Shown here piece by piece: positions 52,105 through 64,000 of a stretch of 64,000 bases of DNA. Both the position numbers and the translations under genes were made by a program. Each line of letters begins with the position of its first letter. The first letter of the stretch is position 1. Location: NCBI RefSeq assembly GCF_036321535.1, contig NC_087437.1:7440001-7504000 (forward strand), read 5' to 3'. This DNA is from Camelus dromedarius. Lineage: Eukaryota. Under the pieces are notes generated by a model, which was given only the letters and a program-made list of their open reading frames with translations, was not told the origin of the DNA and searched no databases.

Positions 52105-52315
52105 TTCTATCCAGTATGGTAGCCACTAGTCACACCTGCCTACCTAAACCTACAATATTCGTTAAAATTAAGTACAATTAAAAATGCAGTCCTTTACTTG
52201 CAGTTACGACATTTGAAGTCTTCAATATCCACAAGTGGCCAGTGACTGCATATTGAAAAATACATATATAGCATGTATTTATCGTGTCCAAAAATGCTTT
52301 TGGACAACACTGCCA
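52105..52315. mobile_element. MER3/MER33-like hAT-Charlie relic
   Basis: tccagtatggtagccactagtcaca...ttaaaattaag...ttggacaacactgc. Confidence 0.7.
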
Positions 52316-53795
52316 TTTATAATCTATATCACACAAATTTATATTTACATTTGTCCAAAGATTTCCCAAATATCTACTTAAGGACAAGTCCTTCCTACGA
52401 AATTTTTGTCCTTTGGGGTTTTAAGTGATATTTCCTAATAATAGAATTTTTTAAAATGTTCTTATCTTTTTAAAAGGTGGCTAATCTATAATAGTTCCCT
52501 GCTTTTCTCCCCAAACTTTTCATCAAAAAATTTCGGGATGATTGATGCATAATAGTTTCAACAACACATTGGTTTGAAAGTTTACGCCGAATAAAAGTAG
52601 TTTGCAAGCCTGAAACAAAGAAAGACGAGAGTTTTGAAGTATTAAGTTCTATCTTATTAGTATGTAAATATCGGGTATTAATTTAGAAACAAAGGTGGTT
52701 TTGACAGTGAAGTACTAGTATTTCAACCTCATCCAAGAGGGAAGCCTGCAGCTCACTGAATCAAAGGCATTCAGAGAGGAGGGTTATTTCTATTGCTGTG
52801 TCACACAGGAAGAAGAAGAAGAAAGCAAAAGAAACTATTCTATTGACATGTCTTGTCATCTGGGCTTGCTTTTCCATTGTCATCTGTGTGTGCGTTTGAC
52901 TGTATTTTATGTCACCCTGGTGAACAATTCCGCAATATGTCAAGACCATTAGAATTCAACTACAAAGGAGCTGAGAAGAGGGTTCTGGTTTTCACGTCAA
53001 TCACATCTTCTGCTTAGATCTGGGGGCCTGAAAATGAACCTATGCAATAGAAAAAATATATATATATATCAGACACAAGGCGGAACAGGCCATCTCACAA
53101 AAGACTCCCTTTGTGGCTCATCAGAGTAAATTTCTCTTCAAAATACTCCCCGTGTTAAGCAAAGGTTATCTATTCATATGAACACTTGACTTATAAAATC
53201 AATCAAGGCACAAAAAGAAAGATGCCTGATTTTTGCATGAATTCACGTTGTTGCTTCCAGTAACTTAACTTCCTAAAAATATATTTCATTTTTTCCAGTC
53301 TGCTCTGCATAACTCATTAACATCATAATCGCCAGCAATAATTGCCTGGAGTGAGTGAAGAAAATCACGAAAGATGAAGAGTTGAATCACCACTTAATGA
53401 AAGAAGAAAAAAAAAAAAAGAAGAAGACAATTTAAATCAACAGTCTACGATCCTGCCACCACTCCCTTCCTTGAGAAAATGTATAGTAATTGTGTTTCTT
53501 GGAGCTTGTCGTGTTTGTAAATGAGTGCTCTCAGACAGTGAATTCTCAGAATGATTCTAAGAGCTTAATTGATGACATGAATCACATGAACTCAAGATGA
53601 TTTACTCAGCAATTGAAAGGTGCACTTTTACAGCAAGTTGCAAAATAATACTGTTTAAAATATTTCAGGATTATCTCTATGGCAATTAGAAGCCTTGACC
53701 AAAACAAAATATTCCCGTCTGGTCTTCAAAAGGAGTGAAATCTACCAAAGACATGTTTAATGTATTGGGGGACTTCATGGGAATCCACTTAAACC

Positions 53796-53970
53796 AGTGT
53801 TCCTCACCGAGAGTTGATTTTGACTCCCAGGGAATATTTGCAATGTCTGGAGAAATTTTCGGTTGTCACAACTTAGAGGATGGATGCTTCTTGGCATCTA
53901 GGGCAGCTGTCTACAAGAAAGCATCACCTCACCCAAAACATCAGTGGTACTGAAGGCGAGGACTCCCGAC
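53796..53970. mobile_element. MER20 hAT-Charlie relic
   Basis: cagtgttcctcac...gattttgactcccagggaatatttgcaatgtctggagaaattttcggttgtcacaact. Confidence 0.8.
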
Positions 53971-54405
53971 TTCAACAAACAAAGAGACCTAAGAAATGAC
54001 TAGAAGAGGTAACCAGTGAAATAAAGAGATGTCTCTTAACAACAAAAAGTAGAAGTCTGATCAGAGCTGAAAGAGGTCTGATCAAAGCTGAAAAAGGAAT
54101 GCAATGTTTTGCAAAACAATAATTTACAGTCTAATGAGCAAGCTGGAAGCAGGAAGATGGGAGAGGGAAGATAATGACGATCACTCCGGCGGCCCTTAGT
54201 GACCAAACCTTCAGCCCATGGTGACTTAGGTCTGATGAGGGTCAGATAATCAGCAGGCTGTAGCTGCCATGAAATGTAGCTACGATCTATCATTTTTATA
54301 GTTATTCCTTGAATCTGTAAACATATGAGTTATTGTGAGAAGCAGATTTAAGTGGATTAACAAGTTCATGTGGAATTTTGACAGATGCCTTAAAACAGTG
54401 GTTCA

Positions 54406-54660
54406 GGATTTATTGATACTAACTACTATGTATAAAATAGATAAACAAGGTCCTACTCTATAGCACAGAGAACAATATTCAATACCTTGTAATGGCCTAT
54501 AATGAAAAAGAATATGAAAAGGAATATATACACATATATATACACACTCACATATAAATGAATCACTATGCTGTGCACCAGAAATTAACGCAACATTATA
54601 CATGGACTACACTTCAACTAAAAAAAGAATCAAGATAACTAATTCCAAAAAAAAAAACCA
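54406..54660 (+). mobile_element. L1 3' UTR fragment
   Basis: Closely similar to 44500-44700; A-rich tail. Confidence 0.88.
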
Positions 54661-54860
54661 CACAAAATATAACAAAAAATTCTATTCTTGACAGATATAT
54701 TCAATTGAAATGTCTTGTATAAGAAAGGATTCTTTACTTATTTGTGGTTTTCTCTAGTTTATTTTGGTAGTGTAGTTGTACACTTTAGAAACATGGAAAA
54801 TAGAGTGACCTTGAATCCACCCCCACCCCCCCACCCCCCACCCCCCCCACACACACACAA

Positions 54861-55048
54861 CAGTGGTTCTCAAGCGTTAGCACGCATCAGGAACATGCAG
54901 AGAGTTTGTTAAAAGCCAGACTTCTGGGCTTCACCCTTAGAACTTCTGATCCAGAGGGTGGGAGGAGGGCTCTGAGACCTGGCACTTTGCATCAGTTCCC
55001 CAGTGATATTGACAATGCTGGTCGGAGATCACTCTCTGAGAACCACTG
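54861..55048. mobile_element. MER5A hAT-Charlie MITE, full length
   Basis: Perfect TIRs cagtggttctca / tgagaaccactg; 188 bp. Confidence 0.88.
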
Positions 55049-55379
55049 TCCTAATTCAATGGATACTGCCTCCTACAGTGAAGTAGAGGACAACCATGAT
55101 GCAATTTTTTTAGGGACAGGAGACTAAAATTCCTCTTCTACAACAAGGATATAAACCAGAAGACATTTACAGGTGAGGGAAGTAGAGGCTTCTGGAGGGA
55201 ACTCTTCCAGCGTGAGCTGTGAGTCCCAGCCCCTCCTGGGTGGTAGGGCCAGGCACCGCTCATGACGACTAGGGAAAACACTCACCTCTGACCACTTAGA
55301 AAGACATGTTCTTTATAGTTTGTAAAAACAGAATGGATTCATATTTTCCTTAAGTGAGAAATCTAAATAGCAAGAGAGA

Positions 55380-56200
55380 CTAATTGGCTAGCTGAGGTGA
55401 TGACGGGCAGGTGGGAAGTGGGCATCGTGTCGGAATTACCCTACAGAGCTGGAGTTTGTCAGAGGCAAAGATGGGTGAGTGTGCCCCATTTGCTGATCAG
55501 ATATGGGGTGTATGCAAAAGGCTCTACATGGATCTTCTTAAATTACAACCAAGAGGGCAGCCCACAAGGGGTCAGTAGAAAAGGCTAGAGGGATTGCTGG
55601 ATTTGTAGGGGTGGGAGGAAGTCAGGTACCAGCCGTGATGGGGACACATTTTCCTTCAGCAAGGTGATGACAGCTGGAAAACTTCTCCCAGGGGAGAACA
55701 AGGGGCGTGGGATATCTCCAACAATCTGGTTAAGAGTCTCCAGAAAGTTCACCGATGACAAACCTCAAGAGCTCTGAAATTAGACGCCCACCTGTTAAGT
55801 GGGAACAGTTTCCCTATGATGCTTTCCTACCCAGCTCTGGAAGGGCTGGAAAGAAGGCTTGTCAGGTGATGGAGAATGAACAGAATATGGGGAGATGCCA
55901 GCTCCACCCTCTTCCTGACTCGCTGTAGGAGGTCTGAGCAGGAGGAAGAGCAGATATTCTGGAGGCCATGTAAGACTGGACTTTTAAATGACTAAGCTGA
56001 GAGTGTGTTTGTGATTTTATTTCACTGGAGAACTGTTAGTTTTACTGGAGAAGGACCAGGGAAGTCGAGGGCCTGCCTGAGATTGGGTCTGAGGGAAGGA
56101 GAGGAGCTTGCCCAATGGTGGGGATTTAAAAGGAGAGCTGAAAGCTAAACTGGAAAGCTTTGTCATGGCCCCGTGAGCGATGAGTCTTCAGGAATGGTTA
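55380..56200 (+). mobile_element. Possible ancient LTR (LTR78/79-like)
   Basis: Purine-rich; gactggacttttaaatgactaagctgagagtg and gaccagggaagtcgagggcctgcctgag resemble recalled motifs. Confidence 0.35.
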
Positions 56201-56789
56201 TTCACACAGTATTGATCATTCCTTCCTCGGGACCATGAAGGAGTTTCCTGCTACACAAATCCATGTCTGAACCACTGCTCCACATTGGTCCTCCTCTGAT
56301 AGAAGAGACCAAGGATTATTTTATAAAGTCTGGCTAACTGGACACCAAAGAAAATCTGATAAACGGCTGTCTGAAACCTGAAATACCATGTTGCAATCCA
56401 GGACTGATAAATAGCCCAAAGAGTTTACTAGGAGCTTGAAATCTTTTTAACAATCCTAAGTAATTGGATAAGTAATTGAATAAGTCACGGGTTCAGTTAC
56501 CATATTACCAACTGGATCTGCCTGGTGAGTTTGGGATTTCATTGCTATGAGCTGTGACAGTCAACCCCTCCTCCGGTCTCCTGATTTCCTCAGCCTCCCT
56601 TTCAGCACCCCCTCCTCACTGTCACCATGTCAGTGTCACAGATTGAAATACCACTGTGATCAGATCCCCAGTCAAAACTGGGCAATGGGTCCTCATTTCT
56701 GCAGAATGACAATAGTCCATGATGGTTAGAATCACCGAGTAGGACGTTCTCAAGGACTATGTGCTGTGTAATTCCGGAACGGAATGTGG

Positions 56790-57468
56790 TGACTGAATCA
56801 GAGCTCCACCAGAGAAACAGAACCAGAACCAGAAGGACACATCTGTCTACCTACCTACCTAACACATAGGTGTGTGTGTCCCTGACATGTGTGTATACAT
56901 GACACGTGTGGATACAAACATGTATATATGCCTATGACACACGTATCTATACACTACCTATATTTGTGTGCACGGCACATATGTATATATGGCAAAGAAA
57001 TGACTTAAGTGACTGCGTGGACTGGCTAGATAAATCTGAAATCTGTAGGAGAAGGGCAGACTAGAAACTCAAGCAGGAGCTGAAGCTGTAGTCCACCGGA
57101 ATTTCTCCTTCAGGGAAGTCTCAAGTCTGCTCTTAAGGTCTTTCTTTTATTTTTTTTAACTAAATTTTTTTTTGGCTGGGGGAGGTAATTAGGTTTATTT
57201 ACTCTTAGAGGAGGTACTGGGGATTGAACCCAGGACCTCATGCATGCTAAGCATGCGCTCTACCACTGAGCTGTACCCTCCCCCTTAAGGCCTTTCAACT
57301 AGTTGAATCAGGCCCAACCAGGTCATTAAGGCCCATCTCCTTACCTAATATTAACTAACTGCAAATGTTAATCACAACATATTTTCACAGCAGCACCTGG
57401 ATTAACATTTGGTTGAATAACTGGAGACTACAGCCTAGCTAAGTTGACACGTAAAACTGACCACCACA
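56790..57468 (-). mobile_element. MLT2D-like solo LTR carrying a SINE
   Basis: ccagagaaacagaaccag...tctgaaatctgtagg...aagttgacacgtaaaactgaccaccaca. Confidence 0.82.
57145..57283 (-). mobile_element. tRNA-Ala-derived SINE (vic-1 type, long form)
   Basis: Near-intact tRNA-Ala(AGC) head; cctaattacctccccc tail; TSD cttaaggtctttc (57132-57144) / cttaaggcctttc (57284-57296). Confidence 0.93.
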
Positions 57469-57915
57469 GCAACATTACCAAGAGGCTTGAATAGTTTCCT
57501 ACCATTTGACCCAGGATTCTAATTCCTGAACTCTGTCCTAAAGGAAATAAGTAGAGACGTGAACAACTTTATATATATATAATGTCAGTGGATCACTCCA
57601 ATTGCTACCATGAACCAAAGCTCTGTCCCACCAGCCATTGACACACACACTCTACCCCAGAAAGCATGTTAACTTGGCAAGTTCAAGTCTAGGTCATTAC
57701 TGAAGCACTGACTAATAAGTTGGATTTTTAATAAAAAGTGGGAAGGGCTTACACAGGGCACCTGTTAAAGGTATGTAAAAGGGGAATGAGAAAAAAAAAA
57801 TGGAAAGGGCTTAAAGGTGTTAAATCTGCATATTGTGGTTTTTTACCTCTTCACATTAAAACATTTCCCAAAGATTCTACAGCAAGAACCATACACTGAA
57901 CACCATGAAAAATAA

Positions 57916-57921
<6 letters not shown>

Positions 57922-57955
<34 letters not shown>

Positions 57956-57976
57956 TACATACACACACACATATAT
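57922..57976. repeat. Compound (TA)n(CA)n microsatellite
   Basis: Read directly. Confidence 0.95.
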
Positions 57977-59424
57977 AAAACTGCAAGAGATATTTTTAAG
58001 CACCAATAAAAGCAAAAACAACACTGTAATTAAACTAAGTACAGCACGCAGAATATGACAACATAATTTGTATCTATCACAATGTTATGATTTTAGTTCA
58101 GTGCCTAACACACCACACACTGTCTAATACTAGGGAATCAAAACTGGATATTAGAAAATTGAACTCAGACCTCTGGGTTTAGTGTGGGGTGAGCCAGTAA
58201 TGACCAGAGCAGAGAGTCAGTGAAAACAACCTTCTGGTAATTAGCAGAGCCTGGTGCCCACCAGGCCAAAGACAGAGAAGACCTAAGTTGCACCATAACA
58301 GCCTGTTGTCTGACTCCACTGCTGTTGAAAGTGGCCTGGTCTGTGCTTTGCCACCCAAAAGCATATCTACTGTTCTCCTTACACCAGCATCCAGAAAAAA
58401 ATAGGCCTCATTAATTGTAGCATCTTTAGGCCCTCCCCACAAATCCAAAGGGAATACAAGTGTCTTTCATCCAACTTCCTAACTCCTTCTACCACCAAGA
58501 GAGGTTATGACTGGTCATCACCCAGGCCGTGCGTTGGATCAGGCTGTATATAGCAGTGGACAAGGATGCTCTGACTTAATTGGATGAGCCCCGCTTCCAC
58601 TCTCTGTCTCGGCCTTCCAACCTCACCCTTAGGGTAGGACTGGTCCATGGAACAAGTAAGTCAGTTAAGTTTTCTGAACTCCCTTCTTGGTTCCACTCAG
58701 TGGATTGAATGGGCTCAGAGCCCTTCCTGGGCTGGATGCTCACTCTCTCTCTCTGTCTTCAGATTTGTCTGATCACATTGGTCCCAGATTTTTAGACTTG
58801 AAGTTGAGAATGGGGAAAAGATAGAAGTTTCCACTTAGCCCTCAGCTGTAGCCTCACTCTCTGGTTAAGCTTCTATGAGAGAGCTTACAAAATGCCATTA
58901 AATAGTCTGTCAAATATCAATCAAGGTCTACTTTAATTCTAAGTTTCACCGTGGTTTCTTTTGAACACACATCCCTAAGGAAGTCACGGGATTTAAAGTG
59001 ATTGGCAGGCAAGATCCAGACATCCCCAAATTCCCTACTCTGATTTAGTAGAACTAACATCTCATGCTTAACCCCTAACAAAGCTTAACATTGGACCCTC
59101 TTCCCTCTCCTTTTTGTTAGTCTCACTTGTGCATGACACTCTAGCATTAACCCATCACTCTCATTTCAAGACCGGCCAGGACCACAGACCCGATTCCTGT
59201 ATAAATCACAGCTACCCTTAATGACATTAATGCCTTTGTTCTATTCTGAATTTCCAACAGAAGCCTCTCCATTCCTAGCCGCTGTCTTTCTGAGTTGCTA
59301 TTTCAGTCCTCTGTTCAGGTCAAGCCCTGGTCTCCAATACTGAGTCTCTTCCTGATAGGCTTTAGTATTTACCTCCTCTGTTCCTTCTCAGCTTGGTGAT
59401 TTCCTCCACTGTTTCGTCTTGAGC

Positions 59425-60008
59425 CCTGCAGAATTATAAGAGGGCTACGAGATTTCTGATCCTGTACAATCCTCTCCCCTCAAGTGCGGTGGGGCCAGTG
59501 ACTAGGATGGGCATCACTCTGTGATTAGTTTGCATTCGATGCCAAAAGGTAAGGGATTTTGCCTTAAGGTCCCAAGTCAGGTGATTCTGAGGAAAATCAA
59601 AAGTGAGGCCATCCTGGGTGAGCCGAGCTAATCTAGGCCCTTCAAAAGAGGGTCCAGAAGCAAGAGGCAAGAAGCAGCAGAGATGCTCCCTTGACGCTGG
59701 TCTTGAAGAAGCAAACAGCCACGTGGTAAAGAGGGCCAAGTGGTCTCCGGGAAATGGGGACCTCGGTCCTTCAACTGTAAGGAGCTAAATTCTGCAGATG
59801 ATCACATGACCTTCAAAGAGGAAACCAAGATCTAGAAAGTCCGGCAGCCCAGTTAGCATCTTGAGTGCAGTCTCCTGAGATCCTGACCAAGGGACCTACT
59901 TAAGCGGTGCCTGGACTTCTAAACCACAAAAACTGTGAGCTAGCGATAGCATGTGGTTTTCAATCGTTACATTTGCTGTATTGTGTTACCCAGCAGTAGA
60001 AAACGACC
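59425..60008 (+). mobile_element. MLT1E-like MaLR solo LTR
   Basis: gtacaatcctctcccctcaagtgcggtggg...taaggtcccaagtcag...gctggtcttgaagaagcaaacagccac...tgttacccagcagtagaaaac. Confidence 0.82.
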
Positions 60009-61789
60009 CCAGGTTCCCAGGTTGTGGTTGCTACCAGAGCCGGACTGAAGATTGCAGTGCTGAAGGTTGCACGGGCAATGCCAGCATCAGCCGGAAATTT
60101 CTCCAAAAAGCACACTCAAACTCATTCCTCCTTCTCTGAACCGCCAGGATCTCTTCTGCGCTGGGAGGAGCTGGATGGACTTTCAGGCTCAGGCTCCTCC
60201 CCCTCCTGCAGGGGACTGATACCCACAGACCACCTCTCCCAACTTTTCTCTGAGTCCTGAGATAAAACCACGTCGTCCTTGGGGACTCACAGGCTCAGCT
60301 GGGGAAGTTGCTTCCATTAATTACAGCACAAAGCAACGTCTTGAATGTGGTATTGTGAAGTTTGCTTTTGAAAATCATATTCCTTTTGAAAATTACCATT
60401 CATTCTGCTTCATAGCCAAATCATTTTACGTAGGAGCAGAAATATGATTTTTCTAGCAGCTGAAGAAGGGACCCTCCACAATGTCAAAGAAGCATTTCTT
60501 GAGCAAGACTGCCTCTCCTGAAGCTAAGGTCTTCTTGCATATTTTAGGGGGAAAGTGGACAAATCACATATAAATGGAGAAATAAGTCCTCGAAAGCAAG
60601 ACGGATCTTCCTTTTGGTACATTTCTGCGAGTATCTTTTTCTTCTTTTGCTTGTAAAATGGGAAACAACTGCCTGTATTTTTGTGTGTGTGACTAACTAT
60701 ATAATTGATCACTTCAGAAATCTAAATATTTCTCTCCAATTTTTAGTACCTCAAGCCTCAAGCCTGCTATAATAAGACAATCACATCGACTCAATGTGTC
60801 TCAAATATGCCACTTGTGACATTTTCAAAGTCATTTTTTTGGCTCCTTCCTAGTTTTTTTGATATATGCAATACCATATTTATAGCTATGAATTGTATTT
60901 GCTGGATAGACTGCAATGATTTGTATAGTGATTTGTAATGGGTGTCCCTGAATGCAATCACACAGAAATAAACCATGTTATAAAAACCATGTTTGATGCT
61001 TCAATCAAGCCTATTCATTGTAATTTTGAAAATTTCACCGTGCATAGGTCCGAGCTACTGCTGTGCATTTATCAGTAGTTTTCCATCCTTGTGGATTAGA
61101 GATCTGTAAGTTTCTAGTTATTTTCTAGACCCAACTGAATACCAGTGATTGAAGAACTATTTCGTTTCTGACTGTTAGAATAAAATAACTTGTCTGATTA
61201 CAAATAAATGAATCAGCCTTGTGATCAGAATCCTTGCAAGGTTACTTAAGCCCTGAAGTGGGCACTATGTGGAAGAAGCTGAGGGTATTTGTGGACACAA
61301 AAGGAACAGACATGGTTCCTTTCTCTTCTTTGCTTTCTTTTTCCACCATCACAGGATAAGAAATGGGGGGGGGGGTAAACCACCGTGTTAGTTACTGACT
61401 CAAATAAATATGTAAATGAATGAAAACCAAAGATGTCCTAAAGTGCCAGGATTCCCTTTTGCTGTGAATATTTCAAAACCTCACTAGGCATTTTGAGCTT
61501 TATTTAGGAAAAAAATAATTTTGAAACAGCAAATACAGCCAAGTTCGAAAAACTTCAAAAAAAAACTTACATTATCCTTTCTTCATATCTGCCCCACTCC
61601 CTGAATATGGACTATTGTGGGGTTTTTTCCCCTTTCTTGATTGCAGGCCCCATGGAGGTTGAAATGGTGACTTTTCTCTTCAATGTTATATTTTCACAGT
61701 TCAGTGGAGTTGGACACATAGCAGGGCCCTTATAAATATGTGGGGAATACATGAATATCTCTAAGCATTTACAACTTTGGGTCCCCCTA

Positions 61790-63150
61790 AAATCAGAAAA
61801 ATGGATTGAAACCATTTTGAGATTGAAACATCCCACCACTCCTAAAACCAACCACTGGCTGACCACTAAGCTCTTCTGGCCCAGAGACAACCATAGAAGC
61901 CAGGTTCAAAAGTAAAAACAACCATAAGGGGAAAAAAAATACTTAGCAGAGACATCAGTGATCACACACTGCAGGAAACAGAGACACTAGAGAATTAGTT
62001 TAGGAAAATCACCACACGAATAAAAAAAGTGAGAAAAAAAAAAACCCCAGCAATTTCCACAACACCAGAGAGAGGTAGAAATCAGAATTTAGAGCATACA
62101 ATATATCATCTAAAATACCCAAATTTCAACAAAAAATATAAGGCATGCAAAGAAATAAGACTATGTGGCAAATATAGAGAAAGAAAGTACCTCTCTTTTG
62201 ACGGCAGCTCTCTGAGGAGGCCCAGATGTTGGACTTACTAGCAGACAAAGAAAAGCAGCTATTACAATATATAAAAGGAAACCGTGTTTAAATAATCAGA
62301 GGACTGTATGGTAACAAACAGAGAATATCAGGAAGGAGACGGGAATTATAAAAATTAATCAAATAGAATTTTAGGTGTTGAAATAAAAAAATCACTAGAA
62401 CAGCTCAACAGAAGGTTTCAGAGAGCAATGAAAGAATCAGCAAACTTGAAGTGGATCGATAAAGATGATCCAATCCAAAGAACAGGAAGAAAAAAAATAG
62501 AGTAAAAAATGAATAAAGTGTGTGGGGCAACATGAAGTGTACTGATGAGTACAAAGGGTATCAGAAAAGGAGGAGGAAAGGGAGCAGAAAAAAATATAAG
62601 AAGATAAAATGGCTAAACACCTCAAAATGTGATTACCAAAAGGAAGCATTAAGAAACATACCCAGAGAGCTTAATGAACTCCAAGTGCGATGACGTATTC
62701 AAAATGCTGAAAGAATAAAACTGTCAACCAATAATTCTGTACCGAGCAAAACTATCAGTCATGAATGAAGGCAAAATTAAGGCATGTCCAGACACAAAGA
62801 TGGAAAGAATTCACTGCTAGCAGATTTTCACAAGAAATACTAAAGGAAAGCATTTCAGAGTGAAGGGAAATGACACCATATGATAACTTGAATCCACACA
62901 AAGAAAGAACACCAGTGAACATACTTATGTTAAGAAATACAGAAGAGTAAGTAAAAAATACTTACATATAACTAAATATGTAAGTATAAACATATACTTT
63001 TTCATTTTTCTTGTCTTAACTGATTTAAAAGACAATTGCATAAAACAAAGATTGAAAAACCATATTTGGGGGCTCACAATGTATATATGACAAAAGGATA
63101 GGAAGGGAATAAATCTGTGTTGGATAAAGATTCTCTATTTCACTGGAATC
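61790..63150 (+). mobile_element. Ancient L1M (L1MD/ME-like) 5'/ORF1-region relic
   Basis: A-rich; aaatcactagaacagctcaacagaagg...aatcagcaaacttgaag and aactgtcaaccaataattctgtaccgagcaaaactatc are typical of L1M ORF1. Confidence 0.75.
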
Positions 63151-64000
63151 AAAGGGTGAGAGGGGAACTAGGAACAAAGAGATGCTTTAGGAAGTTATTC
63201 CAATGCTAGAAAATGGTCACTTAGGGACCCACCTCGGCAGTAAACTGGAGATGATTTGAGAGGGATCAAGAGAAACAAATTTGGCAAAGGATTGGAACAA
63301 AGGAACAGGCAAGTGGGAGGAAGCATAAATTAAAGAAAATACAAATCAGGTTGAAAGGGGAGAAGTACCCGTTAACATAACTGGAAATATGGACACTTTA
63401 TTGTAGATTTATTTCGATTGATTTCCAGTCTTAGGGTTCCCTGAAAGCCAGGTCTTGAGGGATGGAAGAAAGGCAGGTAAGTTTGACAAGCCTAACCTCT
63501 CCATCCCAGACCATATTAGTCACCACAGTGGAAACCACACTTGAGTTACTCATGAGTCTCAGCAAGAAGTGCACACCAAAGATGCCAACCGCACTGGCAT
63601 TTAATGAAAGTCCTTCGTGTTTCAAAATATCGTCCAGCACTGGCGCTTATTAATGAGAATGACTCTATTTCGACTCAGTTTCACTTAATTTTTAAAAAAC
63701 CCAATAGTGCAATAGCTTGATGATGAATACAGAGAAAACCACTAACATTTCAGATTTGGAAGAGAACAGGAGAGCAAGTGAGGAGAGAAGACTCAGTCAC
63801 GCAATCCGGCTGGCAGGCTGCCAGGAGAACCCGGCTTCCATCTGATCACATGTCTAAGCCTCGCCGCTGACGTTGCCTCATTCCGTCCTTCCTACAGGTG
63901 GAGTGATCACTTACTTTCTTCCTTTCTTTTTTCTTCCCAGTATTAACTCTTTTTGAATAGCTTCCTGAATGTATGAGAGCATTTAAAAAATATCAGGGCA

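Noticed and set aside
56457..56485. 12-bp tandem repeat taagtaattgga
   Set aside because: Only about 2.4 copies; ordinary slippage, not an array.
20480..56530. Isolated consensus splice donors (e.g. 20489 -, 22687 +, 50683 +, 55287 -, 56525 +)
   Set aside because: No consistent chain of exons with an open reading frame; such hits are expected by chance in 64 kb.
33483..57283. Five tRNA-Ala(AGC)-like sequences as tRNA genes
   Set aside because: Each has an extra 5' G-rich leader and an A-rich tail, and three have clear TSDs; they are SINE copies.
1..64000. CRISPR array, operon, provirus, numt or other novel multi-gene system
   Set aside because: No regularly spaced repeats, no gene-dense region, no paired LTRs with gag/pol, and no mitochondrial-like sequence seen; content is typical mammalian intergenic or intronic DNA.

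Overview
Non-coding mammalian genomic DNA, roughly 40% GC by eye. I found no recognisable protein-coding gene, rRNA, true tRNA gene or CRISPR array. The only ORF-track entries with recognisable protein sequence are LINE-1 ORF2 remnants. The repeats point to a camelid (inference): there are five tRNA-Ala(AGC)-derived short SINEs of the vic-1 type and young cetartiodactyl-type L1 3' ends, and I saw no Alu, Bov-A/BovB, PRE-1 or Can-SINE. The rest is ancient eutherian repeats (L1M, L2, MIR, MaLR/ERVL LTRs, hAT and mariner MITEs) between repeat-poor, homeodomain/POU-motif-rich blocks that look like developmental enhancers in a gene desert or large intron. Repeat family names come from recalled consensus motifs, not a database search, and boundaries of old repeats are approximate. 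I cannot support a new biological system here. The strongest observations are mechanistic retrotransposition footprints (two twin-primed L1s, a three-level nest with a CpG-decayed TSD, two tail-less internal L1 fragments) and a recurring POU-III-type motif in candidate enhancers.
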